From Malacoraja senta (Eukaryota): a stretch of DNA of 64,000 bases. The position numbers and the translations under genes were made by a program. The notes beneath the pieces were generated by a model, which was given only the letters and a program-made list of their open reading frames with translations, was not told where the DNA came from and did no database searches. The DNA lies in the NCBI GenBank assembly GCA_038087875.1, contig CM075986.1, positions 17,670,001 through 17,734,000 of the forward strand, written 5' to 3'. This document shows, piece after piece, positions 25,361 through 38,889 of the stretch; the stretch's first letter is position 1, and every line of letters starts with the position of its first letter.

Positions 25361-26387
25361 CAGAGAGTCAGTGATGTTGTTACACGGACCTGGACCCTCC
25401 TGTGGGATCAGGGTGTGGAATGAGATTTAAGGGCTGAAAATAACCCTCTAGTCATTGCCCTTAGTAAGGGCCCAAGCAGACACAGTAGACTTTGGAAAGA
25501 ATAAAGTGGAAATATATCTTATAAATATTATTAACAAATGCATGCCTTGGGTGGGTGTGAATTTGAAGCCCATGATGTGTGAATGACTCCAGCTACTTAT
25601 CGTGCACCAACCACCAACCTGGACACACTGCAGCAGAGCCACTGTCGTGCCGCTGCCGATCGGAACGCCTGTTGATGTTTAGTAGAGTAGAGTGTTAATT
25701 TGTTCATGATATATGTATTTTTACTTCTATTTATTTTTTACTGCACACTGGAATGGACACTGGTTGAGGAACGTTTTTTTGTTTCCTCTGGGTATGCGAA
25801 TACTCAGGAAATGACAATAAAGATATACAATACAATACAATACAATACTTGCTTGACGACATGAATTTTACACACAAAAAACAGAAGAAGAGGTTCCTTT
25901 GTAGTTGGGTGACCCCAGGCATTGTGGTCATAATTTGGGTTTACCGGTGAAGAGTAGTTCTGAACCACAGTTCCAATAGTGGTGATTTGACAAACCCAAG
26001 CACACTATTAAGAGGGGCTAATGGAACTTCATCGCAAAATTGGACATGCACCAATTATTAAATCTGCCCATGAATTGGCAGCAACTTCTCACATCACTAG
26101 ACAATCCATACAAATAACTCCCTGGGAATTTCTGACTCAATAATTAGCAGACATTCTGAAACTGAAGCCAAGTTACATTGGTTAAAAAAAAGCCAGCAGA
26201 TGAGGATCTGTAGGTGAATACTGTTTTGTAAATGCACTCACACTGGGACCACAGGTTCAAGTACTGGGGCGAAGATGGTGGATGGATATTGCAATGGATT
26301 TCGCATGAGTTTGGCTGTGTACGTACCTCCACAATCTGACCGCATTAAAACTGCACGAATGAAGAGCCTGAAACAGTCATGACATAT

Positions 26388-26681
26388 TGGGGCCACAGTT
26401 TAAGAATAAGGAGTAAGCCATTTAGAATGGAGACGAGGAAACACTTTTTCTCACAGAGAGTTGTGAGTCTGTGGAATTCTCTGCCTCAGATGGCGGTGTA
26501 GGCCGGTTCTCTGGATACTTTCAAGAGAGAGCTGGATAGGGCTCTTAAGGATAGTGGAGTCAGGGGATATGGGGAGAGGGCAGGAACGGGGTACTGATTG
26601 GGGATGATCAGCCATGATCACATTGAATGGCGGTGCTGGCTCGAAGGGCCGAATGGCCTACTCCTGCACCTATTGTCTATT
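26388..26681 (+). mobile_element. CR1 LINE 3' fragment
   Basis: TTCTCACAGAGAGTTGTGAGTCTGTGGAATTC...GGCCGAATGGCCTACTCCTGCACCTATTGTCTAT. Confidence 0.9.
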
Positions 26682-28304
26682 GACACAGATTATTCACAAA
26701 ATGTTCTGACCCTGACTATTGTGAGCCAAGCACAATACAGCTCTATTCAGAAAGAAGAATCTGAAGAAGGGCCTCGAACCGAAACGCATCCATTCCTTCT
26801 CTCCAGAGATGCTAAGTTACACCAGCTTTTGTATCGATCTTCGGTTTAAACCAGCATCTGCAGTTTCTTCCTACACTCAATTCAAGACAAGTCCATTTGA
26901 CATGACATGTAATTTATTTTTAAAATTAGAGTATCCTGATAAATAACTGAACAAATCAATTCATTGCATTGGATCAGGCAACAGAAGCACTGCTCAGGCC
27001 TGCTGGAAGAGCAAACCAGTCTCAACACTTACTGTACTGCTGTAGTCGTCACCTGCACCTCAACCTCTGCAGAACATTCCATTCCCTTAGTCTCCCCATA
27101 AAACACAGTATATTCGATAATGCTTGCATTTAGGTGACACATTATCAAAGTTGCAACATTCCCAGAATTAATTACTTTGGAAGTGTTGTAACTGGAGTTA
27201 CTGGGAAAGCGTTTAATGTAGTAAGATAGTGTTTTATCCCAGCAATGGAATCTCGACTAAGTGTTTGTTTCTGTGAGATTATTTGTCTGTTTGTACGTGC
27301 CAACTTCTGTGTGACTGTTGTATCATGTCTATTTGTTTATTATCTGATTATATTTGGTGTGCCTGTTGGACCATGCGTGAAGTTTTATGTGTTGGCTTGT
27401 TTGTGTTTCTATGTACAATGTATCTATTGAATTGTGTGTACTACGGTGCGCCCATTAGATCATGTGCTTCTGTTGCATTGTGTGCCTTTTTCTATTGGAC
27501 TATGTATGTCTATTGGCTTCTGTTCATTTCTGTTGAATCTTAAGTACATGGGTGTAGGTTTATGTGTTGTGTGTTTGTTTATGTATTTGAATGTTTCTGG
27601 TGGATCATTGTTTCGTGCATCCATTAAGTCCTGGTATTTGTGTATATTTGATGGGTCATATATGTTTGTACAATCCAACAATCCGGCAATAGTGGAAAAA
27701 ACTATTTAAAGTGACACAGACCATCCGACACACATTTATTGTTCAATAATCGAACAATCCCACACACACACACAACCCCTTACAATGTATTGTCTGCCAT
27801 ACAGGCAATCCTACAAGGAATACAAATAGGCACAGCCTGATGTGCACACACTCCCCAATAAATACAAACGTAATCCGATACATATACACATAATCAAACA
27901 CACATACGAATCTGCCCATACAAGGAGAAGGTTAATTATAGTTGCATAACTTTCTTATGACTAAGTTTTCAAAGTTAGCTTTTAGTAGTTAAGGATTGTT
28001 GAAAAATCTTTGGAGCCTTGGAACTTATTAATAGCATCTGCATAATAACATAATACAATTTAGGAATATAATCACAGCAGATGTGCAGAGATATATTCTG
28101 ATAGTCTCGGTCACAGATTAATCCTATGCCCAGCAGATTGACTCAGGCAAACGAGCATCTTGTTTTATTATTACCCAGCCGATGAAAGAAAACTGCAACT
28201 TTGGCCAGAAATGGTAGAGGACAATTGCAACAGCAGGAACCAGAGAAAATCTGCTGACTTCTGTAGGAAATGAAGGAGTGAGTTCATCAACCAATATAAT
28301 CCTC

Positions 28305-28539
28305 CCGAAGATAGACACAAAAAGCTGCAGTAACTCAGCGGGACAGGCAGCATCTCTGGAGAGAAGGAATGGGTGACGTTTCAGGTAAAGACCCATCTGC
28401 AGAGAGAGGTCTGAAGAAGGGCCTCGACCCGAAACGTCACCCATTCCTTCTCTCCAGAGATGCTGCCTGTCCCGCTGAGTTACTCCAGCTTTTTGTGTCT
28501 ATCTTCGGTTTAAACCAGCATCTGCAGTTCCTTCCAACA
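28305..28539 (+). mobile_element. Penelope-like fold-back element, second subfamily
   Basis: Inverted arms plus tail; TSD CAATATAATCCT at 28292 and 28540. Confidence 0.85.
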
Positions 28540-31061
28540 CAATATAATCCTTCCACCAGCCATCAAAATATGCAATTGTTCCACCTGATAGGTAAATGAA
28601 TGTATTCAGGTTGGGGGTCAATGGCGAGGATGAGGATAAGAGCAGGGACTGAGCAAGGGTGAAATTCAGCTTTAATGGTGGGTCAACATATGCAGCAATA
28701 TATCAGCTGCCTTTATGGATCTTGTCAGTATTCCATGTACAAACTGTACATTGACTTCAGTCAGAGAGAACATTTGTGCAAGTTTGTAATGGCTAGTTTC
28801 AATATCATGCCAACGCTGAATTTCAGATGTTTTCTCATACATTAGCTGCATCATTGGTGATTTCAACTATTCTGCTTCTTATCCAGTGACAGCCCCCGGC
28901 AACCGTCTGGAACTAAACCCACAAAAAAACAAGTGCCAGAGTAACCCAGAGAGTGGGTTAGGAAGCTTCTGTGGAGGGAAGCATCTGTGGAGGGAAATGA
29001 ACAGATGTCATCTTAGGTCGTTGGGTCGGGACCCTTCTTCAGACTGTTGACGCCCATCCATTTCTCTCCGCAGATGCTGCCTGATGTGCTGGATTCCTCG
29101 AGCACTTCATTTTTATGCTCAAGATTGCAGCATTTGCAGCCTGTTGTGTCTCCTGTTTGCAAGCTGATATCTTATGCGACACTGAGCTGCCACCTCTAAG
29201 ACTGCCTACTCTCACTTCCACAACATTGCTGTCACCTTGCTCTCAAATCCTCTCTTGCTGAGACACTCATCCCTGCCTTTGTTGCCTTTGGCTTATTCTT
29301 CCTTCTCACTTTTTGCTGGCAGCTCACAATGTATTAACTGCAAACTTCAGGCCACCCAAGACATTGTGTGTAACTTGTACTAGGTCTGGTAAGATCACCA
29401 GCTCTGTTCTTCCTACTGCACCACTCACCCACACATCACATATACTGCAATGGCAGACAGAGCAAAATCCATGTTACCATGCAGACTGCTTCAGTTGCCC
29501 CTTGGACCTTGTTTGCAATGGAATTTTTCAGCAACAAACCTTTGTAGTAATTTTAGTTGATGAAGATTAACAGGCCATTCCAAATAAGATAGATTTTCTA
29601 GGCTTTTTGTTTAGGAGGAGGCTGGCTTCCCATTTTTTGGAACCAAATGACTTTAAGTTAACGTGGAATCATTGTTCTTTGTATTGTGGTGTGAAAATGT
29701 CACCTCTCACCAATTCTGGTTTCCAGTTGTGTGGGCTGATACTCTCTGGAGTTTAAAATAAATGAGGAATGATCTCATGAAGCACATAAGATTGTCAGGG
29801 TTGACAACAAGTACATAAGATTGAGAGGATATTCCTCTTTGCCCAGGAGTTGAGAATTAAGGAGCACTAGGGGGCTGCCCTTTAAGGCAGAACTATTTAT
29901 TCTCTCAGAAGGTTGTGAATATTTGGAATTCTCAATCCCACAGAACTGCGCATGGTGAGTCAACTTGTACATTCAAGGCTGAGTCAGATAGAATCCAGGG
30001 TCATGCAGGAGGACGTGAGAGCAAGCGGTAATCAACGGTGATATCCATGAATGGTAGAAGAGTTTGATGGTGGTTCATGGCTTACCCCTGCTCCCAGTTC
30101 ATATCTTCTGAAACATAGCTGGGCTGTGGCTTGGGTGGTTTCCAACAGGACACCTCCCACTCAGAGCAAGCATTGATCGGAAAATGCCTTTGCTTGCATC
30201 AGATAATGCCAACTCTCTGATACCCAATCAGTGTCACACCGTGAGGATCAGCCAATTAACGAAGTCTGGTGGCTAAATATTGGTTATTAGGCATCTTTAT
30301 AAATGTTGTTCTCATTGAGAGAATGGGAGATTTACAATTGTGGACACACTGTCAGACCATGAAACACTACTGCATATGCATTATAATACAATCAGATGCC
30401 AAACTCCCTTTACATTTCCCCAACATTGCACCTCATCTGATCTTTGCATAAGCATTCTTCACTACATCATTATAGAACATAGAACAATAAAACGCAGGAA
30501 CAGGACCTTTGATCCATGATGTCCGTACTGAACATGATACCAACTTAAACTAATCTCCTCTGTCTGCATGTGATCCATATCCCTCTATATCCATAATCCA
30601 TGTGCCTATGTGATGTTTCTGCCTTCTGCATAAGCTAATTTCTAATTGAAAATTAAGTTCGCAGTGGTTTTGATCGATAGATCAACGGCCAGGCGCAGTT
30701 TTTTAAAAATGTATTCATTTTGGCGATTTGGACAATGCTACACACTTAGCAGTGACTGCTCACACCAGGCTGCCATGGAGAAGGAGGTGGTGAGCTTCTT
30801 GAATTGCTTCAGTCTGTCTGATGTAGGTGCTCCCATAATGCTAAAGGGGAAAGAATTCCACACATTGGACCCAGGATGAGGGATTTATGATCTATTTCCA
30901 AACCCGTTCGACTTGGAGGGCAATCTGCAGACGCTAGTGTTCCCAGGCACCTACTGCGTTTACCCTCTGCAAAGGTGGTGGGTTTGGGAGGTGAAGATGG
31001 CACACTGTAGAAGGTGCACTGCTGCCACCAATGACTAGTGGTGCAGGGAACGGCATGGTGA

Positions 31062-32000
31062 GGGGCAGTGTTAGCTGTGAGGAGGAAGCTGGGGGGCAGT
31101 GTTAGCTGTGAGGACGATGCTAGGAGACTGCAAGGTGACTTGGATAGGCTGGGTGAGTGGGCAAATGTTTGGCAGATGCAGTATAATGTGGATAAATGTG
31201 AGGTTATCCACTTTGGTGGCAAAAACGGGAAGGCAGACTATTATCTAAATGGTGGCCGATTAGGAAATGGGGAGATGCAGCGAGACCTGGGTGTCATGGT
31301 ACACCAGTCATTGAAAGTAGGCATGCAGGTGCAGCAGGCAGTGAAGAAAGCGAATGGTATGTTGGCCTTCATAGCAAGAGGATTTGAGTATAGGAGCAGG
31401 GAGGTTCTACTGCAGTTGTACAGGATCTTGGTAAGACCACACCTGGAGTATTGCATACAGTTTTGGTCTCCAAATCTGAGGAAGGACATTATAGCCATAG
31501 AGGGAGTGCAGAGAAGGTTTACCAGACTGATTCCTGGGATGTCAGGACTTTCATATGAAGAAAGACTGGATAGACTTGGCTTATACTCGCTAGAATTTAG
31601 GAGATTGAGAGGGGATCTTATAGAAACGTACAAAATTCTTATGGGGTTGGACAGGCTAGATGCAGGAAGATTGTTCCCGATGTTGGGGAAGTCCAGGACA
31701 AGGGGTCACAGCTTAAGTATAAGGGGGAAATCCTTTAAGACTGAGATGAGGAAAAACTTTTTCACACAGAGAGTGGTGAATCTCTGGAACTCTCTGCCAC
31801 AGAGGGTAGTTGAGGCCAGTTCATTGGCTATATTTAAGAGGGAGTTAGATGTGGCCCTTGTGGCTAAGGGGATCAGGGGGTATGGAGAGAAGGCAGGTAC
31901 GGGATACTGAGATGGATGATCAGCCATGATCATATTGAATGGCGGTGCAGGCTCGAAGGGCCGAATGGCCTACTCCTGCACCTATTTTCTATGTATCTAT
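31062..32000 (+). mobile_element. 5'-truncated CR1 (HER1-like) LINE with uninterrupted ORF2 C-terminus (ORF 31068-31910) and 3'UTR
   Basis: LQGDLDRLGEWA..WQM.YNVDKC, LVRPHLEYC.QFWSP, RRLRGDLIETYK, FFTQRVVNLWNSLP motifs; GGCCGAATGGCC 3' hairpin; TCTATG-type tail. Confidence 0.95.
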
Positions 32001-35000
32001 GTGATGAACAGGGTACTGACCAAGCACTGCTTTTTGCCAGAGGGCGTTGAGTTTTTGAAAGGTGCCAGTGCTGCTTTCTACCAAACAAGAGGAGGACATT
32101 CCACTGCAACCCTGACTTTTTACCTTTCAGATGGTGAGAAGATCTTGGGCGTCAGGAGGTGAGATGTTGAGATACGTTCAGGATAGCCAGCCTCTGCCCT
32201 GTACCTAGAGCCATGATTGGTCTGGTTGTGTTTCTTGTCATTGGGACACCCGGTATGTTGACGGAGCCCTCAGCAATGGCAATGGCATTGAATGTCACGA
32301 GTCCTGGTTCAGTTATAGGTGAGTAGATGCTGCTTGATACTGCAGGCAATGACAGTTCACCTCTCTGCTGATGATTGTTGGTGGACATTGACTTTTTGTG
32401 AACAAGGCATACCTGGGCAATTTCCCCAATTTCTGGGCAAACGCCAGCGTCGTACTGGAACAGTTTGGCTCGAGGTACAGCCTCCTCAGGAGCAGGTCTC
32501 CAGCACTATAGCTAGAACATTGACTGCTCCCACTGCCTTGACCATGTCCAGTGCTCTCAGCTGCTTTTTGTTAATGTATGGAGTGAATCAGGTTGGCAGG
32601 AGACCAGCTACCATGGTGGTTGGGATCTCAGGAGGAAGCTGAGCTGATCATCTGAAACTCTGCAGTGCAGGTGTGTGCTTTTCTCCATCGTAAATGCCTT
32701 CAGTAGCTAGGGTTTGACATCCCATTAGACAGGGCTCAACTCAGAACACTTAATGCTTGCTCATTTCACAGGGTGCTCCCTGTTCCCTGAGTAGTGTAAA
32801 CCTCTGGGTGCTTTTGGCTGAGGTGTGATCTGAGGTTCCTCGGGAGCTGGTCAAGTGAAGATCAGAGACTGAAATGCTTCTCAGGCCAGAGAGCAAGCCA
32901 AGATTAACAACCCACGCTCCCCTCGCACTAGTAACAGTAGTCGGTTCTGTGTGACATGGGAGGAGAGAACATGAACATTCCTTTGAGTCCATTTTTGGAA
33001 GCCGCACCATGTGGAACTGATTTATGCGTGCCACACCCCACTTCAGTGTTTTCAAACACTATGTCCCATCCAAACTTTCTTCCATGCACATCTATACAGT
33101 ACATTATCTCCATTCTCATTTACTTGTTGGAACTCGGCCCACTGGCTAAGCCCAGAGAACTCAAGACTCAATTGAATTACCTTGTAACAAATTAAGATAA
33201 TCAGCCAACATATCTCATATTTCCAGCTTTTTTCTTGCTCCTGGTATTTCAGACTTCATTCTTACCCCTCCTACCTATCCCTTCCCAGGGCACACCCTAT
33301 CCACCTTTAGCAGCCAACACCACCATTACTTGTGAGAGTCCAGCTCCCTTATTCCCCACCATCTTGCTGACCTTCCCTCTCGTGTTCTCCACCCTCCGCC
33401 TCTCTCTGCAATTTAAAATATGTTAGATCCTAACTTTTCCCCCCCAAGGCCATTGACATGAAATGTTGGCTCTGTTTTTCTCTTCACACCTGCTGAATAT
33501 TCTGAGTATTATCTGTTGTTATTGTAGAGAACTTTGGCACAGGTCTGCAAAGACGATTGCTTCGGGTCATTCCTTATTGCTCAAACAACTTTTACCAAAG
33601 AGCATCAGCAAAGAGCAACTGCAACCTCGCTACTATTTACATCCATACAGTTATAGAGCACCGAACTCGGCTCCTTGGCCCAACGTCCATGCCAATTCTG
33701 ATGCCTATCCACATCAATCCCTTTTGCCTGTATTAGGCTCTTATCCGTCTACTCCTGTCCTTCTGAGGTACTCGTCCAAATTCCTTTTAAACGTTGTAAT
33801 TGTATCTGCTGCTACCACTACGAGCAATTTGTCCCATTTAACTACCACCCTCTGTGTGAAAAACATGCCCCTCAGATCTCCAGCCTGGACCATCAAATGC
33901 TTTTGAGCAAATGGCATCCAGAGTAAAGTGGAATGAATCCCTGCTCCTTGTGGCAAGTCCATCTCTCAGATCTGAACAGCGGTCAGTTTATTTTGTCGAC
34001 CATCCACAAAAGCTCAGAGTACGCAAATGTACCTGACTCCGCCAATCACCAGTTCTGCCTGGGGCAGACTCAACCCCAACATCCCATCAAAAATGCAATA
34101 AACACAGCAGTACTTAGAGTAAGCTGGAGACCCTCGTAACATCGACAGTGCAAATGACGCAGTCATTCCCAACAGGCTTCAGAAGCTGGGACGTGTGACA
34201 ACAAGTACATAAGGAATAGGTGGAGACCACACAATATCCCCCATTCAATAATATCTTGTTGGGTCTTCTACCTCAGTTCCACTTTCCTGCCCTTCCCCAT
34301 TACCATTGATAGCCTCTGAGTCTAGGTACACCAGTATGTACTTGGCCATACTTACTTGGCCAACTTACATAGAGGGTCCTGTGTAAAGGCAGCAGCTTCT
34401 CTTTCCCACTTAATAGCATGAGATGGAATGTTCAATGTGGCAAGGACATTTGATGAAACGAATGAATGACTTTAGTAGAATGACCTTTCAGTGGGATGTT
34501 TGGGCATTGCCACTGAAGGTGGGAGTCTGACATAGCCCTTGCTTTGACGGTTGGCTCTAACCTTGCTGTGAAGTCCCAAGCCAGCACATTATTTTCTCCA
34601 GAGCAGCACATTGATCCCTTGTGTCTACACGCATACAGAGGGAGCAAAGCAGTCTGGGGCTGCAGTACACCCGCTGAGCCCAAGTATAAAAGGTGAAAAT
34701 CGCTTCACTATCAGCACAATGTCTTCTCTGCAGCTGAGCATGTTTTCTCCAGTAAAAATGATGAAGTCTGCCCCAGAGCAGCTGTGTAACGTCGAGCCAG
34801 AGCTGAAATGAGGACCAGCTAGGCGCAAGTTTTTGAAATGAAACCAACATGTGTTATTTATGGATTCAGCCAAACTCCAGCAGCTTGCTCCTACTCTCTC
34901 AGCTCCCGAAACAATATGGCGCCAAAATCAAGCTTAATTAAGGATGTGTGTAACGAAAAGTAATTATTGGGCAGTTTAAAATGTACTTCTGTCGTACTTT

Positions 35001-35146
35001 CTTTTATGATATTACTGATTATTCTGCACACTCTGGTGTGTCTAAATCGTTGAATATCAACCACACAGGAAAGGCAAAGTACAAATACATTTGAAGCAAC
35101 TAAATTATTCTGGAGAAGAATTGTGTTCTCAGACTGTGTGGGACAG

Positions 35147-35447
35147 AGTTTAGAGTTTAAAGAGATACAGCATGGAAACAGGCCCTTCAGCCCACCGAGT
35201 CTACACCATCCATCAATCACCCATTCACACTAGTTATACGTTATCCTACTTTCTTGTTCACTCCCTACACACTAGGGGCAATTTACAGAGGCCAATTAAC
35301 CTACAAACCGGCAAGTCTGTGGGATATGGGAGGAAACCCATGTGGTCACAGGAAGAATGTGCAAACTCCAAATGGACAGCACCCGAGGTCAGGATCGAAC
35401 CTGGGTCTCCGGTGCTGTGAGACAGCGGCTCTACCAGTTGCGCCACT
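35147..35447 (-). mobile_element. V-SINE (HE1-like)
   Basis: Reverse-complement head GGATCGAACCTGGGTCTC and tail GAAACAGGCCCTTCAGCCCACC. Confidence 0.8.
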
Positions 35448-38424
35448 TCTCAACGGTCTGGTGCGATTTGAGGATGTGGATGGAATTCCATCACTGATGC
35501 TAAATGAGAAAACATTCAGTCCAACAATTCGGTGTTTTATCCACAGAACCCTTTCCCATCTTACTTCATATCATCTCCTCAACCTCTCCTTCAAGTCCTT
35601 TCTGCCTGAGTCCGGCTGCCTATTAACCTCAGCCTTGGGGACTTAACGATATGACTTGGGCTTGGTTTGGGTTGGATCGAACTGTGCCATGTTTACCTGG
35701 TCCAGTATTTTATCCAGGTCAGAATTATATGCCTAGTATTAGTGCATGTGTCCTCTGCTCTGGGTCAGTAGCAACGTGCCTGACAGATAGCCAGTGGGAC
35801 TTTTCCACTTTCCCATAAATGCTTCTCAGTCAGGACAGTTGTGGAAACATTGAGATGGCGTTGGACAGAGGTTAGATTTGGATTGGCCACCGTGAGAGCG
35901 GAGTGTGTCGGGTTCTAATTTGACACAGATCTCAATTTTCTGCCACGTATCTTTTCCAGATTCTGATTAAATCTATCTCCACTAATCACTTCAAGAACTC
36001 TGTGTGGGAGCACATTCCGCTGCCTTCTAAATGAAGGAGTTTTTTCTTGAGCTCCTTTTTAGATTTATTGATGGTTATCTCCTTTCTACAGTCCTGACTT
36101 TAGGCTCCCCCAACAGTGGAAGATCCTATGGTCAAATAACAAAACACCAAGCGTATTGATTATGTAAGCAACATTATGTAAAATTGATTTTGAACAGTTA
36201 GATTCTGAGCAGACCTGCTAGTGGACAACAGTTTGCAGTCACAAACTGTGATCAATTCAAAGTTATTTCTTACGGTTTGTAAATTTCTCTTGCAGAAGCT
36301 AATGAATTGTTGGCGAGTTCCCATAGGCTAATATAATATAAACCAACTGTTTTCCTTTATTGCTATCCGCACTGACACAAGGATTTGCATATGTGGCAAA
36401 ATAAATGCAATATCTCTCATTTGTCTGCCTAAATCAAATATGAAACCTCAGCAACCATGGTACTCTGTGGACTGTGTCTGCAAGTTGCACGACTGACTTT
36501 GGTTTTGCACTATTACGGTTACATAGTATTATGGTTATTAATTTATTCTATTACTGATTATTGTATATTTATCTGTGCATTGCTTTTATAGACCTGTTAT
36601 GCTGCTGCAAGTAAGAATTTCATCATTCAGTTGTTGGCGAATATGACATTTAAACACTCTTGATTCTTCATTCAGAGTTAAAGTACAGAAGGAAGTTATC
36701 TAACATATCACCAACTGTCTAATCCAAGGCATTCTTCTATGCTTTCAGTTCATACAAGCATTCTTTCTTTTTAAGTATCTTTTTATGCTTAATGTTATGT
36801 TAAAAGCCATTTGCGTAAAGTTTCTAAATGTGTCCAATTTCTTCCTTTTTCATCTCTTGATAAGCCCAGGTCTTTGCTCTGCGCTGAGGATTTATCAGGC
36901 ACTGAAGACTCGCTTTGATGTTTCTCCAAATATTTTGTCATTTAAAACAAATTTACTATCTTCCCCTTAGGTTCCGAGCTTTTATTTGCAACTACAATCT
37001 TACATTTCTGATAGCAGTAAAGTGAATCTTCAGGGGACTTGCTTTCTGGGACTGTTATCTTCCTATCACAAGATGCACAGAACCACACACAATACTCCAA
37101 CTGTGGTCCAATTAATGCCATGCACCAACTTAACAATTTGTTTCTTTCATAGTCCACACCCCCGCAAATAAATCTCAGAGTTGCACTCGCTTTTATTTCC
37201 ATGCATTTAAATTTTAAATCCGTGAGTTCCATTAGAGTTAAAATTGAATCCTTGCTTTTGAAAGTCTTTGGACATGTGAAGGAATAAACCCGAGGAACTA
37301 TTTAACATGGTCATTTGAGTCGAGACTGAATTCCTGATTATTTTACCCTTTATAATGGGCCCCACCCAGATCAGGCATTGCTGTTCAGGGGAGGTGGACA
37401 ACTCCCTCTGACACAGCCTTGCCTCAGTCACTGACTCTCTTTAAGTGAACGCCAGAAGATGTGGAGGATGAGGACGAGCAGTTGTTCTTTACTGACGGAG
37501 CGGATGCAGAACTCATTTCAAGCAAGGAAGCTGTGAAATTTAATGCCTTTATAATTAATATTGGATTTCTAGCCTGCATTAAATTGGCTGAAAATAAACT
37601 CTTCCGAAAAAAGAAAAAAATACTTGGAGCAGATGGTTCTGTAATTGCAGTACCAATTGCTGACACGCAGGCAGGATAGCTGCACAGAATCAGATTGTTG
37701 AGGTATTTTGCAGCGTTTCCTCTGCACACTGCAACAGGTACTCTGAAACACTTTCACAATTTCACTTGCATTCGTGAAACTGGAAATAGGCATTGCCTCT
37801 AATGCAGAGGGATCAGACAGTATCTCCCAACTCATGATTTGCAAGCTGTGCTGTGGAATCAAGTCTCCTTGATTTGAAGGCAGACACAAAAGGCTGGACT
37901 AACTCCGTGGGTCAGGCAACATCTCTGGAGAAAGTGAATAGGCGATGTTTCTGGATTGAGACCCTTCTTGATTTGAATGGTCTGGAGCATGCAGCAAGGG
38001 TCTGACGTTTGCTGATTGTGTATTGGAGTCTGGTTACACAGCAGGGGGTTGCGGTGAAAATACTTCTAACGGTTGTCACATCACAAAGGTCACTGATCAG
38101 CATTCCACATACTGCAGATACAGTTAGAACTAACTCAGCCCAGCCAGCGAGCAACCCCACCCCATTCTTGCCCGCTTCTGAATGAAAGTTCACTGTGGTT
38201 ACTCCTCATAAATATCAAAACATTAAGCCTCAGATCAAAAGAATTACTCCTTGCATTGTTTTAAATTTTCTCTGGTTACTCTGATGTCGAGATACATAAG
38301 TATACACACATACATACACACACACACATCCTAATACATATTCCAACAGTCAACAACACACAAACGCTCACTAACACACGTGCACACACAAATACACACA
38401 AACTTCAATCAGCGAATGACTTAC

Positions 38425-38889
38425 CCTGTAGACCATTACTTTGAAGTTATTCCGTTTCAGCAGCACGGCCTCGTTTGATTCGAGCTTCTTGATCTGCGTT
38501 GCCTGCTTCTCCATGTTATGCTTGATGGTCTTAACATTGACACTGACTTTCCGAATCTTCTCCAGCATCTTGTTGACACTGTTTGCTGAGGTTGTATGCG
38601 ACTTGGTGAGTTTGCTCAGCTCGTTTTGAATGCTGAACACGGCGTTTTCCATCTCCTGGTGCCGCTGCTCGAGCTGCTGCTGGCTGTTTTGGATCTGATC
38701 AACCATTCCCACCACTTTGTCCAAGAGAGTGAGCACCAGCACCCCATTGAACTGAGGCTCTGACTTTGAGCTTTCATTCTGCTTCTGCGGCTCTGGGGGC
38801 TCCGGGCTCTCCTGCTCCTGTTCCCGCTCCTGGTCTTGCTCCTGCTCCAGGTTCAGCTCCTGCGCTTCTGTCTGCATGGTGTCTGCCAT
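38425..38889 (-). CDS. CAVIN1: Caveolae-associated protein 1 (PTRF/cavin-1), coding exon 1 (155 codons); exon 2 lies outside the window
   Basis: Translation MADTMQ...QFNGVLVLTLLDKVVGMVDQIQ...KVSVNVKTIK...QIKKLESNEAVLLKRNNFKVMVYR matches the cavin-1 HR1 region. Kozak ACCATGG at 38889. Phase-0 donor AGG|GTAAGT at 38424, the same position as the mammalian ...FKVMIYQ| junction. Divergent neighbour of ATP6V0A1 as in human. Confidence 0.95.

Noticed and set aside
31068-31910. 280-aa ORF as a host gene
   Set aside because: It is the C-terminus of CR1 ORF2 in a 5'-truncated copy, lacking the endonuclease and RT catalytic core.
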